From positions 61,781 through 125,780 of the forward strand of contig CBDBHR010000003.1 in NCBI GenBank assembly GCA_965205865.1: a stretch of 64,000 nt of DNA. Direction: 5' to 3'. The stretch comes from a bacterium. GTDB lineage: Bacteria > SAR324 > NAC60-12. The translations under genes were made by a program, and so were the position numbers. Shown here piece after piece: positions 41,088 through 51,826 of the stretch (position 1 is the first letter of the stretch; each line of letters opens with the position of its first letter). Below the pieces are notes generated by a model. That model did not search any database, was not told the origin of the DNA, and was given only the letters and a program-made list of their open reading frames with translations.

Positions 41088-41325
41088 TCGGCTAACTCCT
41101 ACGCACAGGCTTATTATTTGACTTAACCTTGTACTATCAACTAAGCTCTAGCAAAACTGACTTCATGTGGAAGATCAATGTACTAACATTAGCTCTGGAG
41201 AGGGGCATTCCCAGATTCCCCCCTTGGAAAAAAGGGGAGGAATGCACTTCTTCATTAATTGGAATAAACCCCCACCTCTGGTGAGGGGCTCCTATCGGTT
41301 TGACCGTGCGCTGTGGTCCTATTTT

Positions 41326-41518
41326 AGTCCCGGAGGGACGAAAGGTTATAGCCCAGCCATTGATGGCTGGGGACCGATTTTGATTATGGTTCCAGTCCCA
41401 GAGGGACGACACTGAAAGCGCATTGAAGAAAAAGTGTCGTCCCTCTGGGACTAAAAACATTTTGTGGCATAACCCAGCCATCAATGGCTGGGCTATGCCC
41501 TGTCACCCCTCCGAGGTT
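41326..41518. repeat. composite REP/BIME-like palindrome cluster
   Basis: GTCCC(G/A)GAGGGAC hairpins and CCCAGCCAT..ATGGCTGGG hairpins arranged as inverted pairs. Confidence 0.75.
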
Positions 41519-41645
41519 TTCTCACCTTTCCCTGTGTGAGATCGAACCGGACCCCTCGGGGGGACCCAATACATAGCCCTTGAGGCGTTTACAATAAACC
41601 ACCGGCTTTAGCCGGTGGTCACTTTAACTTACAGGAGACAGGAAC

Positions 41646-42356
41646 ATGAAAAATGGGAAGATAAAAACAGCAGTGATTACCGGCGAGCACCCGTACGACG
41701 TGGTCGGCTTCCAGTCCATGCTTCGCTCCCTTCCCGAAATCGAGGCCTACCCTCAGAACATGTGGGACTTCATTACCGACCCGGCGCGCGGTCCAGGGGA
41801 CTACGAGGTACTACTGTTCTACAACTGCCACCATGGCACGCCCGCTCAAGAAGATGGCAAATTAGAGCCAGGAACCTCTAAGCAGAGCGGAGCTATAAAG
41901 GAGATACTGGAGGGCCTTGCTGATGGGGACCAAGGGATATTTCTGCTGCATCACGCGCTGGTAGCCTTTCCCGACTGGCCGCTATGGAGAGAGCTTAGCG
42001 GCATGCGTCAGCGAGGCAATGTACCGGTCGCCTTTGACCAGACCGTGCGCATCGACGTCGCGGACACCGAGCATCCCCTCACTGCCCCACTGGAGCCATG
42101 GGACATCGTCGACGAGACCTATATCATAGACGACGCGGACGAGGATAGCCACATCCTGCTCACCACCAATCATCCCCAGAGTATGAAGACGATCGCGTGG
42201 ACGCGGACCTTCGGTAAGGCGAGGGTCTTCTGCTATCAGAACGGGCACGATAACCAGGCCTACTCAAACCCCGGTTTTCGTGCGGTAGTGGGACGGGGCA
42301 TCCAGTGGTTAGCGGGGAGACAAACAACCATCATCAACAACGGAGGGAAACTATGA
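41646..42356 (+). CDS. ThuA-like (class I glutamine amidotransferase fold) protein
   Basis: [43 protein letters not shown]. Confidence 0.85.
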   Translation: MKNGKIKTAVITGEHPYDVVGFQSMLRSLPEIEAYPQNMWDFITDPARGPGDYEVLLFYNCHHGTPAQEDGKLEPGTSKQSGAIKEILEGLADGDQGIFLLHHALVAFPDWPLWRELSGMRQRGNVPVAFDQTVRIDVADTEHPLTAPLEPWDIVDETYIIDDADEDSHILLTTNHPQSMKTIAWTRTFGKARVFCYQNGHDNQAYSNPGFRAVVGRGIQWLAGRQTTIINNGGKL

Positions 42357-43105
42357 GGCTGGAAGACAAGGTCGCTTTTATCAGCGGGGGAGCCAGAGGC
42401 CTGGGCGCAGCGATGGCCAAGCTGTTTGCCAGGGAAGGGGCCAAAGTGGTCATCGGAGACGTGCTGGAAGAAGAAGGGCGTCAGACCGAGACCGAAATTA
42501 ATGAAACCAGTGGCGCGTGCCTCTTCGTCCGGTTGGATGTCACCAGCGAGGCTGAATGGCAGCAAGCCGTGGCGTCCACAGTCGCCCACTTCGGGAAACT
42601 GGACGTTCTGGTGAACAACGCCGGTACTTACCGAACCGGTCTGGTGGAGGAGATCACCAGCGAGCAGTGGGACCAGGATTTGGATACAAATGCCAAGGGT
42701 GCATTTCTGGGGACAAAACACGCCATACCCGAGATGCGGAAAGCGGGTGGCGGCTCCATGATCAACATCGCTTCGGTGGCTGCGCTGATAGGCTCCATGG
42801 AGTCTTCGTGCACCTACACCATGTCCAAGGCTGCGATACGGCTATTGACCAAGTCCACCGCTATTCAATACGCCAGGGAAGGTATCCGCGCCAACTCCAT
42901 ACTTCCGCACGGCATCGTAACAATGATGAACGCCTACTTGATGGAGGAGGAGGGATATCAAGAGAAAATGCTCAACAGGATTCCCCTGGACCGCACGGGC
43001 CACCCGGAAGACGTGGCCTATGGCGCCCTTTACCTGGCTTCGGACGAGTCCTCTTTTGTCACCGGCAGCGACTTGGTCATTGACGGCGGATTAACCGCGG
43101 GGTGA
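42353..43105 (+). CDS. short-chain dehydrogenase/reductase
   Basis: [31 protein letters not shown]. Confidence 0.93.
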   Translation: MRLEDKVAFISGGARGLGAAMAKLFAREGAKVVIGDVLEEEGRQTETEINETSGACLFVRLDVTSEAEWQQAVASTVAHFGKLDVLVNNAGTYRTGLVEEITSEQWDQDLDTNAKGAFLGTKHAIPEMRKAGGGSMINIASVAALIGSMESSCTYTMSKAAIRLLTKSTAIQYAREGIRANSILPHGIVTMMNAYLMEEEGYQEKMLNRIPLDRTGHPEDVAYGALYLASDESSFVTGSDLVIDGGLTAG

Positions 43106-43157
43106 TGGGCGAGTTTAGTATGATACGCATCGACAACATTCAGGGAGGAGCGCGTAC

Positions 43158-44369
43158 ATGAACGCAGCAATCCAGGGTCTCATCATCATCATCATCGGTA
43201 TCGGCGGTTGCCTCGGTTACTTCTACCTCGCTAACCTGTTGCTCGACAAAGTCCTGTTCCCGCCGCGCGGCGAGAACGCCGGAGATAACATCAATCGCGC
43301 CAACCTGATCCGTCCGTGGTTGTTCGGCTTCCCAGCCATTTTCGTGATGGGGGTCTACATAGCCTACCCGGTTTTCGAAACCCTGCGCTTGTCGCTCACC
43401 GACCGCGATTTGGGAGGTGCGTTTGTCGGTCTTGCGAATTATCAGCAGATGTTCAAAGAAGAGAAGTTCTTGGAAGCGATGCGCAACGACGTATTGTGGC
43501 TGAGTGTCGTACCCGCCGCCTCGACGGCGTTTGGCCTCCTGATCGCCCAACTGACGGACCGCATTGCCTGGGGCAACATCGCCAGGACGATCATCTTCAT
43601 GCCCATGGCGATCTCGTTTGTCGGCGCCTCGGTGGTCTTCAAGCTGGTCTATGATAACCGCCCCGAGGTCGGGGTTCTGAACGCGGTCTGGATGCAGTTC
43701 GAAGGCGGGATCGGCTCGTTTCTTTTTCTGAGGATATTCCCGGCCACCATCCTGTTAGGTTTCGCTGCGTTGGCGGCGTATGCCTGTTACCTGTTCCTGC
43801 GCCCCTTCTTCATTCCGGAGGAACGAAAGGGCGGAATCGTCACCGCGGCTCTGCTAGTAGTTCCCAGCGCAGTAATGGCCTATATCGCCGTCCTGGCGCT
43901 TCTGAACGTGATCGATGTGTTCACGATCACCCTGCCTTACGGCAAACCCCAATCCTGGTTGACGATATCGTTCTGGAACAATTTCTTCCTGATGGCCGTT
44001 ATGATCTGGACTCAGACCGGCTTAACCATGGTGCTCCTCTCGGCGGCGCTGCGCGGCATTCCGCAGGAAACGATTGAGGCCGCCATCATCGACGGCGCAA
44101 CGCCGTTCCAGTTATTTTTTCGCATCAAGGTCCCGCAAATCGTCGGCACAATCGTCGTGGCGTGGACCATGGTCACGGTGACCGTGATAAGGGTGTTCGA
44201 CATTGTCTATGCTGCGACCAGCGGTAATTGGGGTACGGAGGTCATTTCAACTTACGTGTTCCGCGAGATATTCCACGACCTCGACTGGGGCGTCGGGTCG
44301 TCGGCTGCGATCATCACCATACTGCTAGTGGGGCCGGTCATGATCTGGAATGTGTACAAAGCCCGCTAA
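43158..44369 (+). CDS. aglF: carbohydrate ABC permease (AglF-like)
   Basis: IFMPMAISFVGASV, EAA loop ETIEAAIIDGA. Confidence 0.88.
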   Translation: MNAAIQGLIIIIIGIGGCLGYFYLANLLLDKVLFPPRGENAGDNINRANLIRPWLFGFPAIFVMGVYIAYPVFETLRLSLTDRDLGGAFVGLANYQQMFKEEKFLEAMRNDVLWLSVVPAASTAFGLLIAQLTDRIAWGNIARTIIFMPMAISFVGASVVFKLVYDNRPEVGVLNAVWMQFEGGIGSFLFLRIFPATILLGFAALAAYACYLFLRPFFIPEERKGGIVTAALLVVPSAVMAYIAVLALLNVIDVFTITLPYGKPQSWLTISFWNNFFLMAVMIWTQTGLTMVLLSAALRGIPQETIEAAIIDGATPFQLFFRIKVPQIVGTIVVAWTMVTVTVIRVFDIVYAATSGNWGTEVISTYVFREIFHDLDWGVGSSAAIITILLVGPVMIWNVYKAR

Positions 44370-44388
44370 GAAATAGGGAGAATTGAAC

Positions 44389-45543
44389 ATGGACGGAATA
44401 GTAGAAACCAAATCCACGCGCACATGGGTCGTGCGCATCTCAGTCGCTTTGCTGGTCGCGGTGTGGCTGGCTCCGACGCTGGGTCTGTTCGTCTCTTCGT
44501 TCCGAACCGCAGACCAGATCAGTGGTTCAGGATGGTGGGCAGCGCTCTTTCCAAACGAGCAGAACGAAGTTCTCCGGGCCGCCGATCCGGACGACTTTCG
44601 CGTGGCTGACGGCGACGTCTTTACGGTCTCGGGCAATCTGTTCGGCGAGGGGTCCTCGAAGAAGATTTCCGTCTGGGGCACCTCGTCGCGAGCGATTGAT
44701 GCCTATGTTCCTGGTGACGTGGCCGACCTGGGAGATGGGGAAAGCATCACGGTTCAAGCCAATGGCGATTACGTCTGGCGCGGCAACGACGATCAGTTGA
44801 GCGGCCGCGGACAACGCGTATTCGCCACGGTAAGAGCGCCACCCAAATTTACGCTCGCAAATTACCACTGGATGTTGTTCGACGAGAAGCACGAACGAGG
44901 GATATCGCAGGCCTTTCTCAACACGCTGACCGTGGCCATTCCAGCGACGATTATCCCAATCGTGATTGCCGCATTTGCCGCCTACGCGCTCGCCTGGATG
45001 AATTTCCGCGGTCGGGCATGGTTGATTGCGGGGATGGCCATGGGCCTTGTCACTCCTTCCCAGGTTGCCTTGATCCCCATTCTAAAGCTACATGTGGACA
45101 TCGGTATCGGCAAGAGCTATCTGGGCGTTTGGCTCTTCCATACCGCGTTCACCCTGCCGTTCGGCATCTTTCTTTTGCGCAACTACATGGCCGGCATACC
45201 GCGCGAAATTATCGAAAACGCCAAGCTCGACGGTGCGAGTGATTTCCAAATATTTATCAGGATCATTCTGCCGCTCAGTATTCCGGCGCTCGCCGCGTGG
45301 GCGATCGTCCAGTTTCTGTGGACGTTTAACGATCTCCTGGCTGCCAAGGTGTTTCTGATCGACGCCTCCGGTGACACCATGGTCATGACACAGGCCATTA
45401 TCAGAATGATGGGGACCTTTGGCGGCAACTGGGATCTCATGGCGGCGGGGACCTTCATTTCCATGGCGGTGCCGTTGGCGGTCTTCTTCGCCATGCAACG
45501 ATATTTCGCGCGCGGCTTGTTGGCCGGATCGATCAAAGGGTGA
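44389..45543 (+). CDS. aglG: carbohydrate ABC permease (AglG-like)
   Basis: SSFRTADQISGSGWW, AAFAAYALAWM, EIIENAKLDGA, FARGLLAGSIKG. Confidence 0.88.
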   Translation: MDGIVETKSTRTWVVRISVALLVAVWLAPTLGLFVSSFRTADQISGSGWWAALFPNEQNEVLRAADPDDFRVADGDVFTVSGNLFGEGSSKKISVWGTSSRAIDAYVPGDVADLGDGESITVQANGDYVWRGNDDQLSGRGQRVFATVRAPPKFTLANYHWMLFDEKHERGISQAFLNTLTVAIPATIIPIVIAAFAAYALAWMNFRGRAWLIAGMAMGLVTPSQVALIPILKLHVDIGIGKSYLGVWLFHTAFTLPFGIFLLRNYMAGIPREIIENAKLDGASDFQIFIRIILPLSIPALAAWAIVQFLWTFNDLLAAKVFLIDASGDTMVMTQAIIRMMGTFGGNWDLMAAGTFISMAVPLAVFFAMQRYFARGLLAGSIKG

Positions 45544-45639
45544 CCGGTTGAAGAATTGAGGGCAGGGCGTCGCGACATGTGGCGTCCATGAACCGGGTCC
45601 GGCAGACGTGCCGGACGGTAAACAAACAGGGAGGGACCG

Positions 45640-46731
45640 ATGTCCGAAATGAGGCTGACCAACGTCGAAAAAATCTATGGAGGAGCGGTCAAGGTCCTCG
45701 AGGATATCAATCTTGATATCGAGCAGGGTGAACTGATCGTCTTACTCGGGCCGTCGGGCTGTGGCAAGACGACCCTTTTGCGCATGATCGCCGGACTCGA
45801 GACCATCACATCGGGCACGCTGGAGATCGAAGGGCAGGTCGTCAACGATGTGCCACCGGCCCAGCGTGGTATCGCGATGGTGTTCCAGTCCTATGGCTTG
45901 TATCCGCACATGAACGTGCGCAAGAACATGAGCTTTGCCCTCGAGCTTGCCAGGAAGTCGCGTCAGGTGATCAATACCACCGTCACGCAGGCCGCGCGGA
46001 TCCTCCAGATGGAACCCTATCTCGAACGACTGCCCAAGGCGCTCTCCGGCGGCCAGCGTCAGCGGGTTGCTATCGGCCGCGCGATCGTGCGTGACCCCAA
46101 GGTTTACCTGTTCGATGAGCCGCTCTCCAATCTGGATGCCGCCTTGCGGGTGGCCACCCGGATTGAGATTGCCCAGCTCAAGGAGTCGATGCCCGAGAGC
46201 ACCATGATCTACGTGACCCACGACCAGGTGGAGGCCATGACCCTGGCGAGCCGCATCGTGTTGCTCACCCCCGGTGGGCGCATTGCCCAGCTCGGCAGAC
46301 CGTTGGAACTGTATACCCGGCCCCAGAACGAGTTTGTCGCCCAGTTCATCGGTTCGCCCGCCATGAACCTGCTTCCCGGCGAAGTCGTCGGCACGGGAGA
46401 GCAGACCACCATCAAACTCGACACCGGCAGGGTTGCCGTCTCGGCTGCCCCGACGCGAAGTTCGGAGGAAGGCCTGAAGGTCAAGGTTGGGGTTCGGCCG
46501 GAGGATTTGGTAGAAACCGACGGCGATTATATTTTCGAGGGCAAGGTGAGCATCACCGAGGAATTGGGTGAGATGACTCTGCTCCACTTTGACCGGGTGC
46601 AGGACAAGGATACCGTGCTCGCAAAGCTGCCGGGCATTCACACGGGGTTGCGCGGCAACACGGTCAAACTGACCGCCGAGCCGCCCAGGATTCACGTCTT
46701 CCACGAAGGCGTTTCCCTCTATTACCGCTAG
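45640..46731 (+). CDS. aglK: carbohydrate ABC ATPase (AglK/MalK-like)
   Basis: GPSGCGKT, LSGGQRQR, LFDEPLSNLDA, YVTHDQ, TOBE-like tail. Confidence 0.92.
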   Translation: MSEMRLTNVEKIYGGAVKVLEDINLDIEQGELIVLLGPSGCGKTTLLRMIAGLETITSGTLEIEGQVVNDVPPAQRGIAMVFQSYGLYPHMNVRKNMSFALELARKSRQVINTTVTQAARILQMEPYLERLPKALSGGQRQRVAIGRAIVRDPKVYLFDEPLSNLDAALRVATRIEIAQLKESMPESTMIYVTHDQVEAMTLASRIVLLTPGGRIAQLGRPLELYTRPQNEFVAQFIGSPAMNLLPGEVVGTGEQTTIKLDTGRVAVSAAPTRSSEEGLKVKVGVRPEDLVETDGDYIFEGKVSITEELGEMTLLHFDRVQDKDTVLAKLPGIHTGLRGNTVKLTAEPPRIHVFHEGVSLYYR

Positions 46732-46941
46732 GATCTAAGAGGGACAGACCCGTGCTCGTCATCGTGCTCGTGCATGTGCTCGATTGCAACATTCCCGATC
46801 CCTTTGAGATGGGGAAGTCCGAAGAGAAGAGAAGGCATGGAATCCAGGGTTCTACGGGATGTCGTTTCGTTCACGAGCACGAGCACGTCTCACGAGTACG
46901 ATCACGAGGAGCCCCTTCCAGGAGCTAATTTAGGATCTAAG
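46729..46941. repeat. CGTGCT / AGCACG inverted short-repeat element bounded by 11-bp direct repeats
   Basis: TAGGATCTAAG at 46729 and 46931; iterated CGTGCTCG on the left and CACGAG on the right. Confidence 0.6.
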
Positions 46942-47029
46942 GGGGGCGGAAAGAAATAAGGTAAACTTTAAATGCTTCCCATGCTTCGCATGGGAATCCG
47001 AGAACAAACTGAATTCTTAGGAGCTATCC

Positions 47030-48106
47030 ATGCCAATATTAACGAAACATCAGATTGTCCGTATAACAGATGTGATGATGCAGGCGGGAGGAGCCTCGGC
47101 TGGCCACGCTGGTATCGTGGCGGACCACCTGGCCAATGCCAATCTTGCGGGATACGATTCCCATGGGTTCCTTCGCATACCCCAGTACCTGAAAAACATT
47201 GAGGACGGAGATTGCGATCCAAAGGCAGAGCCGGAAGTCGTTGGCAACCATGGGGGGATCCTCCGGATTGATGGCCATTCTACCTTCGGACAGGTGGTTG
47301 CCACACGAGCGACCGAAATGGCGATCGAGAAGGCTCGTGATCATGGAGTAAGCCTGGTAACCATGGGAAACCTTACTCATACGGGTCGAATCGGAACCTA
47401 CCCTGAAATGGCAGCAGCAGCCGGCATGGCTGCCATCATGTTCACGGGCTGGGCGGGAGGACCGTTCGCCACCCTGGCTCCCTTTGGAGGACGCGAGGGC
47501 CGACTAGGTTCGAACCCTTTAGCGATGGCATTTCCTCATGCCGAAGGCGCCCCTGTCCTGCTTGATTTTGCTACCTCTATCACGTCTGAGGGTAAGCTGC
47601 GGGTATACCGTAACAAGGAAGAGGAGCTTCCTGATACTTGGGTCATTGATAAGAATGGGGTCCCCAGTAGGAATCCTAACGATTTCTACGATGGGGGTGC
47701 GCAATTACCCGTCGGTGGGATGCAAGGGGGCCACAAGGGATATGCGCTCTCGCTAATGATCGCGCTTTTCGGGGGAATTCTTGGCCAGATCGCTTCCCCT
47801 CCAGGAGAGATTGATTTTTGGGCAGGATCCACGATACTCGTCATCGACCTGGGCTGCATGGCGCCCCTGGAAACCATCCGGGCCGAGGTCCAACAGATGA
47901 TGAGATACCTTCAAAACACCCCCCTGATGGAAGGATCGAGCGGGGTTTTCTTTCCGGGGGAAAGATCAGCCAATACTCGCCAAGAGCGATTGGCCCAGGG
48001 CATCCCTGTGGATCCCGCCACTTGGGCTCAGGTAGAAGCCCTTTTCGACCCCTACGGGGTCCGTGACCAATTGGCGGATGTCCTTTCCTCCGGAGGGCAT
48101 CCCTAG
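47030..48106 (+). CDS. Ldh_2 family (malate/L-lactate/sulfolactate-type) oxidoreductase
   Basis: GYDSHGFLR, DGHSTFGQV, HTGRIG, LGSNPLA, LDFATS, GHKGYAL, FPGE. Confidence 0.92.
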   Translation: MPILTKHQIVRITDVMMQAGGASAGHAGIVADHLANANLAGYDSHGFLRIPQYLKNIEDGDCDPKAEPEVVGNHGGILRIDGHSTFGQVVATRATEMAIEKARDHGVSLVTMGNLTHTGRIGTYPEMAAAAGMAAIMFTGWAGGPFATLAPFGGREGRLGSNPLAMAFPHAEGAPVLLDFATSITSEGKLRVYRNKEEELPDTWVIDKNGVPSRNPNDFYDGGAQLPVGGMQGGHKGYALSLMIALFGGILGQIASPPGEIDFWAGSTILVIDLGCMAPLETIRAEVQQMMRYLQNTPLMEGSSGVFFPGERSANTRQERLAQGIPVDPATWAQVEALFDPYGVRDQLADVLSSGGHP

Positions 48107-48663
48107 AATAGCCATAAGGAACTGTTAGGCGCCCAAGGGGATGACTGAGATTCACTAGCGGATGAAAGCTGATAATTCAAAGCTTCTTCAGGGGTATCGC
48201 CAAAAACGGTTTTGGTATATAAACGGATCTGTAACTCAAGGATAAAAATTAACAACATTTTGACTTTTAAAAAACATTGAGGAAGCTTTCGAAAAGGAGA
48301 TTCCTCTTCTCGAACAGGAAGCCTGGATGAATTCCTGGTTGGCAGAACTTTTCTGTCAGTGGTTGCTAGGGGGAGCCGAACCGCCAAACAGCCTTGAAGA
48401 CAATATACAGTGCCCGCTCTCCTGTTTGCTGCCCTGGAGTCAGCGCATTCGAAAAAAATTGTCGAAGTCCAGCCATTCCTACAAAAATACCTCAATCAGG
48501 TTGGCCTCTAAATAGAAAATTTGGCAAACAACATTTCATCACACCCCTCCTTGTGAATTGTTGAAAAAGGGGTAGATAAGTAATGAATAGTAATCGGGTC
48601 GGACCCTATTCCTCCTTCTTCGCGGTGATTTTTCTTTTGGAGCTGGTGATAATGACGAGCGCC

Positions 48664-49020
48664 TCAGATAGACTTCAGACGGATGCCTAGGCTGTTTAGG
48701 ATGGCTTGATCAATTTCGGTCATAGTCGCTTCAGTAAGATCCGCCAATTTGGGTTCGAGAATTCGTTTTTTGTCGATTGTCCTAATCTGAGATAAGTTGA
48801 CGATTGAATCTTTCGTTAGTCCTGATTCTTTCTTCACAGTCACACAAATTGGAAAAGACGCTTTTTTCCTGGAGTATGCGGTAACTACGGCAACAATGGT
48901 TGTAGGGGAATACTGATTTCCAATATCGTTTTGAATCACGAGGACAGGTCGTCTTTTACCGGTTTTGTGCCCTACTACCGGATCAAGGTTGGCATAATAC
49001 ACTTCACCGCGTTTAATCAT
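48664..49020 (-). CDS. mazF: PemK/MazF family toxin
   Basis: KRGEVYYANLDPVVG..RPVLVIQNDIGNQYSPTTIVA..SQIRTIDKKR. Confidence 0.92.
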   Translation of the reverse strand: MIKRGEVYYANLDPVVGHKTGKRRPVLVIQNDIGNQYSPTTIVAVVTAYSRKKASFPICVTVKKESGLTKDSIVNLSQIRTIDKKRILEPKLADLTEATMTEIDQAILNSLGIRLKSI

Positions 49021-49044
49021 TTTTGTCACCATAAGGCTGACGCG

Positions 49045-49302
49045 TTACAGATTTTCCGCATCGGAGTATTCAAAATCTTTTGAAATCTCAATATTTTCTT
49101 TTGCTAATTCCAGATAAGCGTTTTTTAATCTTACATTAAAAATTCGTGTCTCTATCTGCTCCAATTTTTGCTCTATCGATTCCCTAATTAGAAGGGAACG
49201 TTTTTTTCCTTCAACGGTCGAAGCCCAATCCAGTTTTTCTTTCAATTCAAGAGGAACTTGAACATTGATCCGAGTATTTTGTTGTGCTTTTATTTGACGC
49301 AT
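49045..49302 (-). CDS. ribbon-helix-helix antitoxin
   Basis: RINVQVPLELKEKLD..RSLLIRESI, acidic tail; directly upstream of mazF. Confidence 0.78.
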   Translation of the reverse strand: MRQIKAQQNTRINVQVPLELKEKLDWASTVEGKKRSLLIRESIEQKLEQIETRIFNVRLKNAYLELAKENIEISKDFEYSDAENL

Positions 49303-49717
49303 TTTTCCGCTCCAATTTGTTAGCAATAATGTTTATAGAAATGTATCAAATAATGACTAATAAAGTAACATACTAAATTTGACTGTAACCAACGGATGAG
49401 TTTGTTACCAAAATCAACGGATCTATCTGGAATCATCCCTAGCGGTTTAAACTTGACCACTTCACTCTCAATCCTCACATTCTTAGCTTACCATCAGTCG
49501 CTTAAAATTCCGCTAACCATTCCAGTTGGCTGTTTCATCAATCCCGTTTAGGAGGCCGTAGGTGCGTCCTCATCCAGCAGTCCTTCAGCTTTCAGCCGTG
49601 TCCACGTAGTGATGAAGTTTCTGTGATGGAAGAAGTATAATTTTCTTGCGTTAAATCATCTGAAAGGTTATACAAACATAAAATTTACAATCAAAAATAT
49701 TCATTAAATCATCTTAG

Positions 49718-49910
49718 ATGTGGGAGCGCCAAGTGGATGATACAACTCAAGCTTATTCCTTTCATGAGATCCAAAAGCTCTTTTCGAACGATGAAGTCTG
49801 TCGCAATCACCTCTTCCACCTCCGTTGGCCAGACGGTTATGTGTGCTCAGTCTGCGGTAGTAACCAATACGATGCCCAGAAAAAACGTCAATTACTGCAA
49901 TGCAGAAACT
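49718..49910 (+). pseudogene. IS1595-type transposase Zn-ribbon fragment
   Basis: FSNDEVCRNHLFHLRWPDGYVCSVCG..LLQCRNC, then abuts the RAYT remnant. Confidence 0.75.
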
Positions 49911-50385
49911 GTATCGACCAAGAGCGCTTTAAATCGCCCCTGAAAAAGATGACCCATCCGTTTTTGTTGTTGATTGATGTGGCGCGTGTAACGAAAGGAG
50001 AGATTCTGCATTATTTTTGATAAAGTCAGCTCGCCAACTTGAAGAGCAAAATGCATATGAATACTCATCAAACAAAAAGCATGGACTCGATAATCAAATC
50101 GCTCGATTCCTTCCTCCAACAAAGAATAGACCACTTGGCGATCACTATCCGAAAAAAAGATATACTGTGAACGGATGTTTTCTTCATTTTTTGTCATCCT
50201 GAGGGAACCGAAGGATCTTCTTGATTCCCATGAGATTCTTGCTTAGGCAGCCCTCTTAGCTCAGAATGACAGGTCTTTTGAAAAGTGAAATTTAAACCCG
50301 TTCAGAGTATAGCTTGACCTCCATTGCCACGAAGCATCACATGGTAGATGCCTCCGGGGAGATGAATACGGGGTTTACGAGACAT
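49905..50385 (-). pseudogene. REP-associated tyrosine transposase (RAYT), MITE-interrupted and 3'-truncated
   Basis: MSRKPRIHLPGGIYHVMLRGNGGQA | IFFSDSD..HAFCLMSIHMH..GHLFQGRFKA. Confidence 0.85.
50161..50311. mobile_element. TA-targeting MITE with REP-like hairpin
   Basis: Termini TATACTGTGAACGG / CCGTTCAGAGTATA; removing the element and one TA restores the RAYT frame; internal GTCATCCTGAG...CTCAGAATGAC. Confidence 0.8.
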
Positions 50386-50527
50386 AGGATTCCTTCTAAA
50401 GATTGGGTGAAAACTTTCAAGGAGATCCTACCATAAATAAAAATTTTAATAACGAATCAACGAAGCCTGACCCTCACTAAGATGGCTAGATTATGGTCCC
50501 TTTTTATGAAACATGATAATCTGTCGC

Positions 50528-50722
50528 TCAATCTCTCTTTGTATTTTCAGCAATCATGCTTAATAAGCCAATCATTTTATCTTGACCGGATTCAAGATTT
50601 TCTAAACGTTTGTTGACACCTTGAAGTTCCGCTTTTACTTCTGATATTTCATTAAGTAATTTTTCATCTCGCTCGGCTAGTTCTTGTTGTAGCGTTTGCA
50701 TTGATTTGTGATCGCTAATCAT
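50528..50722 (-). CDS. small coiled-coil hypothetical protein
   Basis: Heptad pattern; start uncertain. Confidence 0.4.
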   Translation of the reverse strand: MISDHKSMQTLQQELAERDEKLLNEISEVKAELQGVNKRLENLESGQDKMIGLLSMIAENTKRD

Positions 50723-51208
50723 TATTGATCTATTTTACGGCATCAAGCATATTATCTTGTGTGATATCTTCAGTTTACAACAGTTCTAACATTTTTTCCC
50801 TTTAGCTGGGGTTTTGGTAATCTTTTAGAAGTACTTTAGCAACTAAAACGCTACTGAACAATTCAATCATCCGGAGCTTTAACACAGCGAATTTTGCTTC
50901 GATTTAAGAGTATCAAAAGTACAAAATTGTCTCTCAAATCAAGCTGAAAAACTGAATAGGGGACATTTTTGCTTTAAAGAAAAGCCATATCGAGAACATG
51001 GGAAACGGAATTCCAAGGGTGCTCCTTGTCAAGCTCCCTATTTATCAAATATTTTGACAGGACAACATATTCTTGAAGTTATTGAAAAGTAACAGGATTG
51101 AAGATCTGTAAATAGGATCAGTTAAACAATATCTGTAAATAACTTGAATTGTTATTAGATCTATTTTATATGAATTCCTCACAATCACTCATTCGGGACA
51201 GATCACAG

Positions 51209-51826
51209 ATGTACAGTATAGGTCAGTTTGCAAAAAAGGTTGGTAAAACCGTTGAAACAATTAGGATATGGGAGCGAAAAGGGATTCTTGTGCCTGCCTA
51301 TAGGAGCCAGGGAAGTCACAGAATGTATAGCGAAGAACAACTGGCACAAGTACTCCGGAAAGATCAACCCAAAAACAGGATCAATATAGGGTACGCTTTT
51401 GTGGATTCCCATAATCAAAAAGATGATCTTCTCAGACAAGAACAATTGATTGAATCCTATCTTGCGCTTCAAGGGAGACCTTATCAAATCATCACGGATA
51501 TAGGAAGTGGCATAAACTACAAGAAGCAAGGATTGAAACAGTTGCTCTTCACGATCATCAGTAATCAAGTAGAAACGATCTACGTCCTCCGCAAAGATCG
51601 TTTGCTTCGATTTGGTTTTGAACTGTTGGAAGAGGTTTGCAGACTCCATAACACGAAGATAGAAATTATAAACCAGTCTGAAGAGGAAACCTCTGAAAAG
51701 GAATTAGTCGAAGAGATGATAAAAAACAGATCGAGTGCCTCAGGTTGGAATAGTCCTGATTCGACTGTGGGAACGCACCGTGAAAAAGCCCTCCGCGGCA
51801 GATTCCTCCGGAAAAAAACCCGATAA
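51209..51826 (+). CDS. IS607-family TnpA-derived protein (MerR HTH plus resolvase fold, catalytic motif altered, C-terminus replaced)
   Basis: YSIGQFAKKVG..TIRIWE..SHRMYS; GYAFVDS instead of GYARVSS; DIGSGINYKK; KDRLLRFGFEL; no tnpB downstream. Confidence 0.85.
   Translation: MYSIGQFAKKVGKTVETIRIWERKGILVPAYRSQGSHRMYSEEQLAQVLRKDQPKNRINIGYAFVDSHNQKDDLLRQEQLIESYLALQGRPYQIITDIGSGINYKKQGLKQLLFTIISNQVETIYVLRKDRLLRFGFELLEEVCRLHNTKIEIINQSEEETSEKELVEEMIKNRSSASGWNSPDSTVGTHREKALRGRFLRKKTR

Noticed and set aside
48110-48530. HicB-like or other TA fragment (FGDTPEEAL)
   Set aside because: Motif too short and no coherent ORF.
51209-51826. Active IS607 element with TnpB
   Set aside because: The catalytic serine motif is altered, the C-terminus is missing and no tnpB follows.
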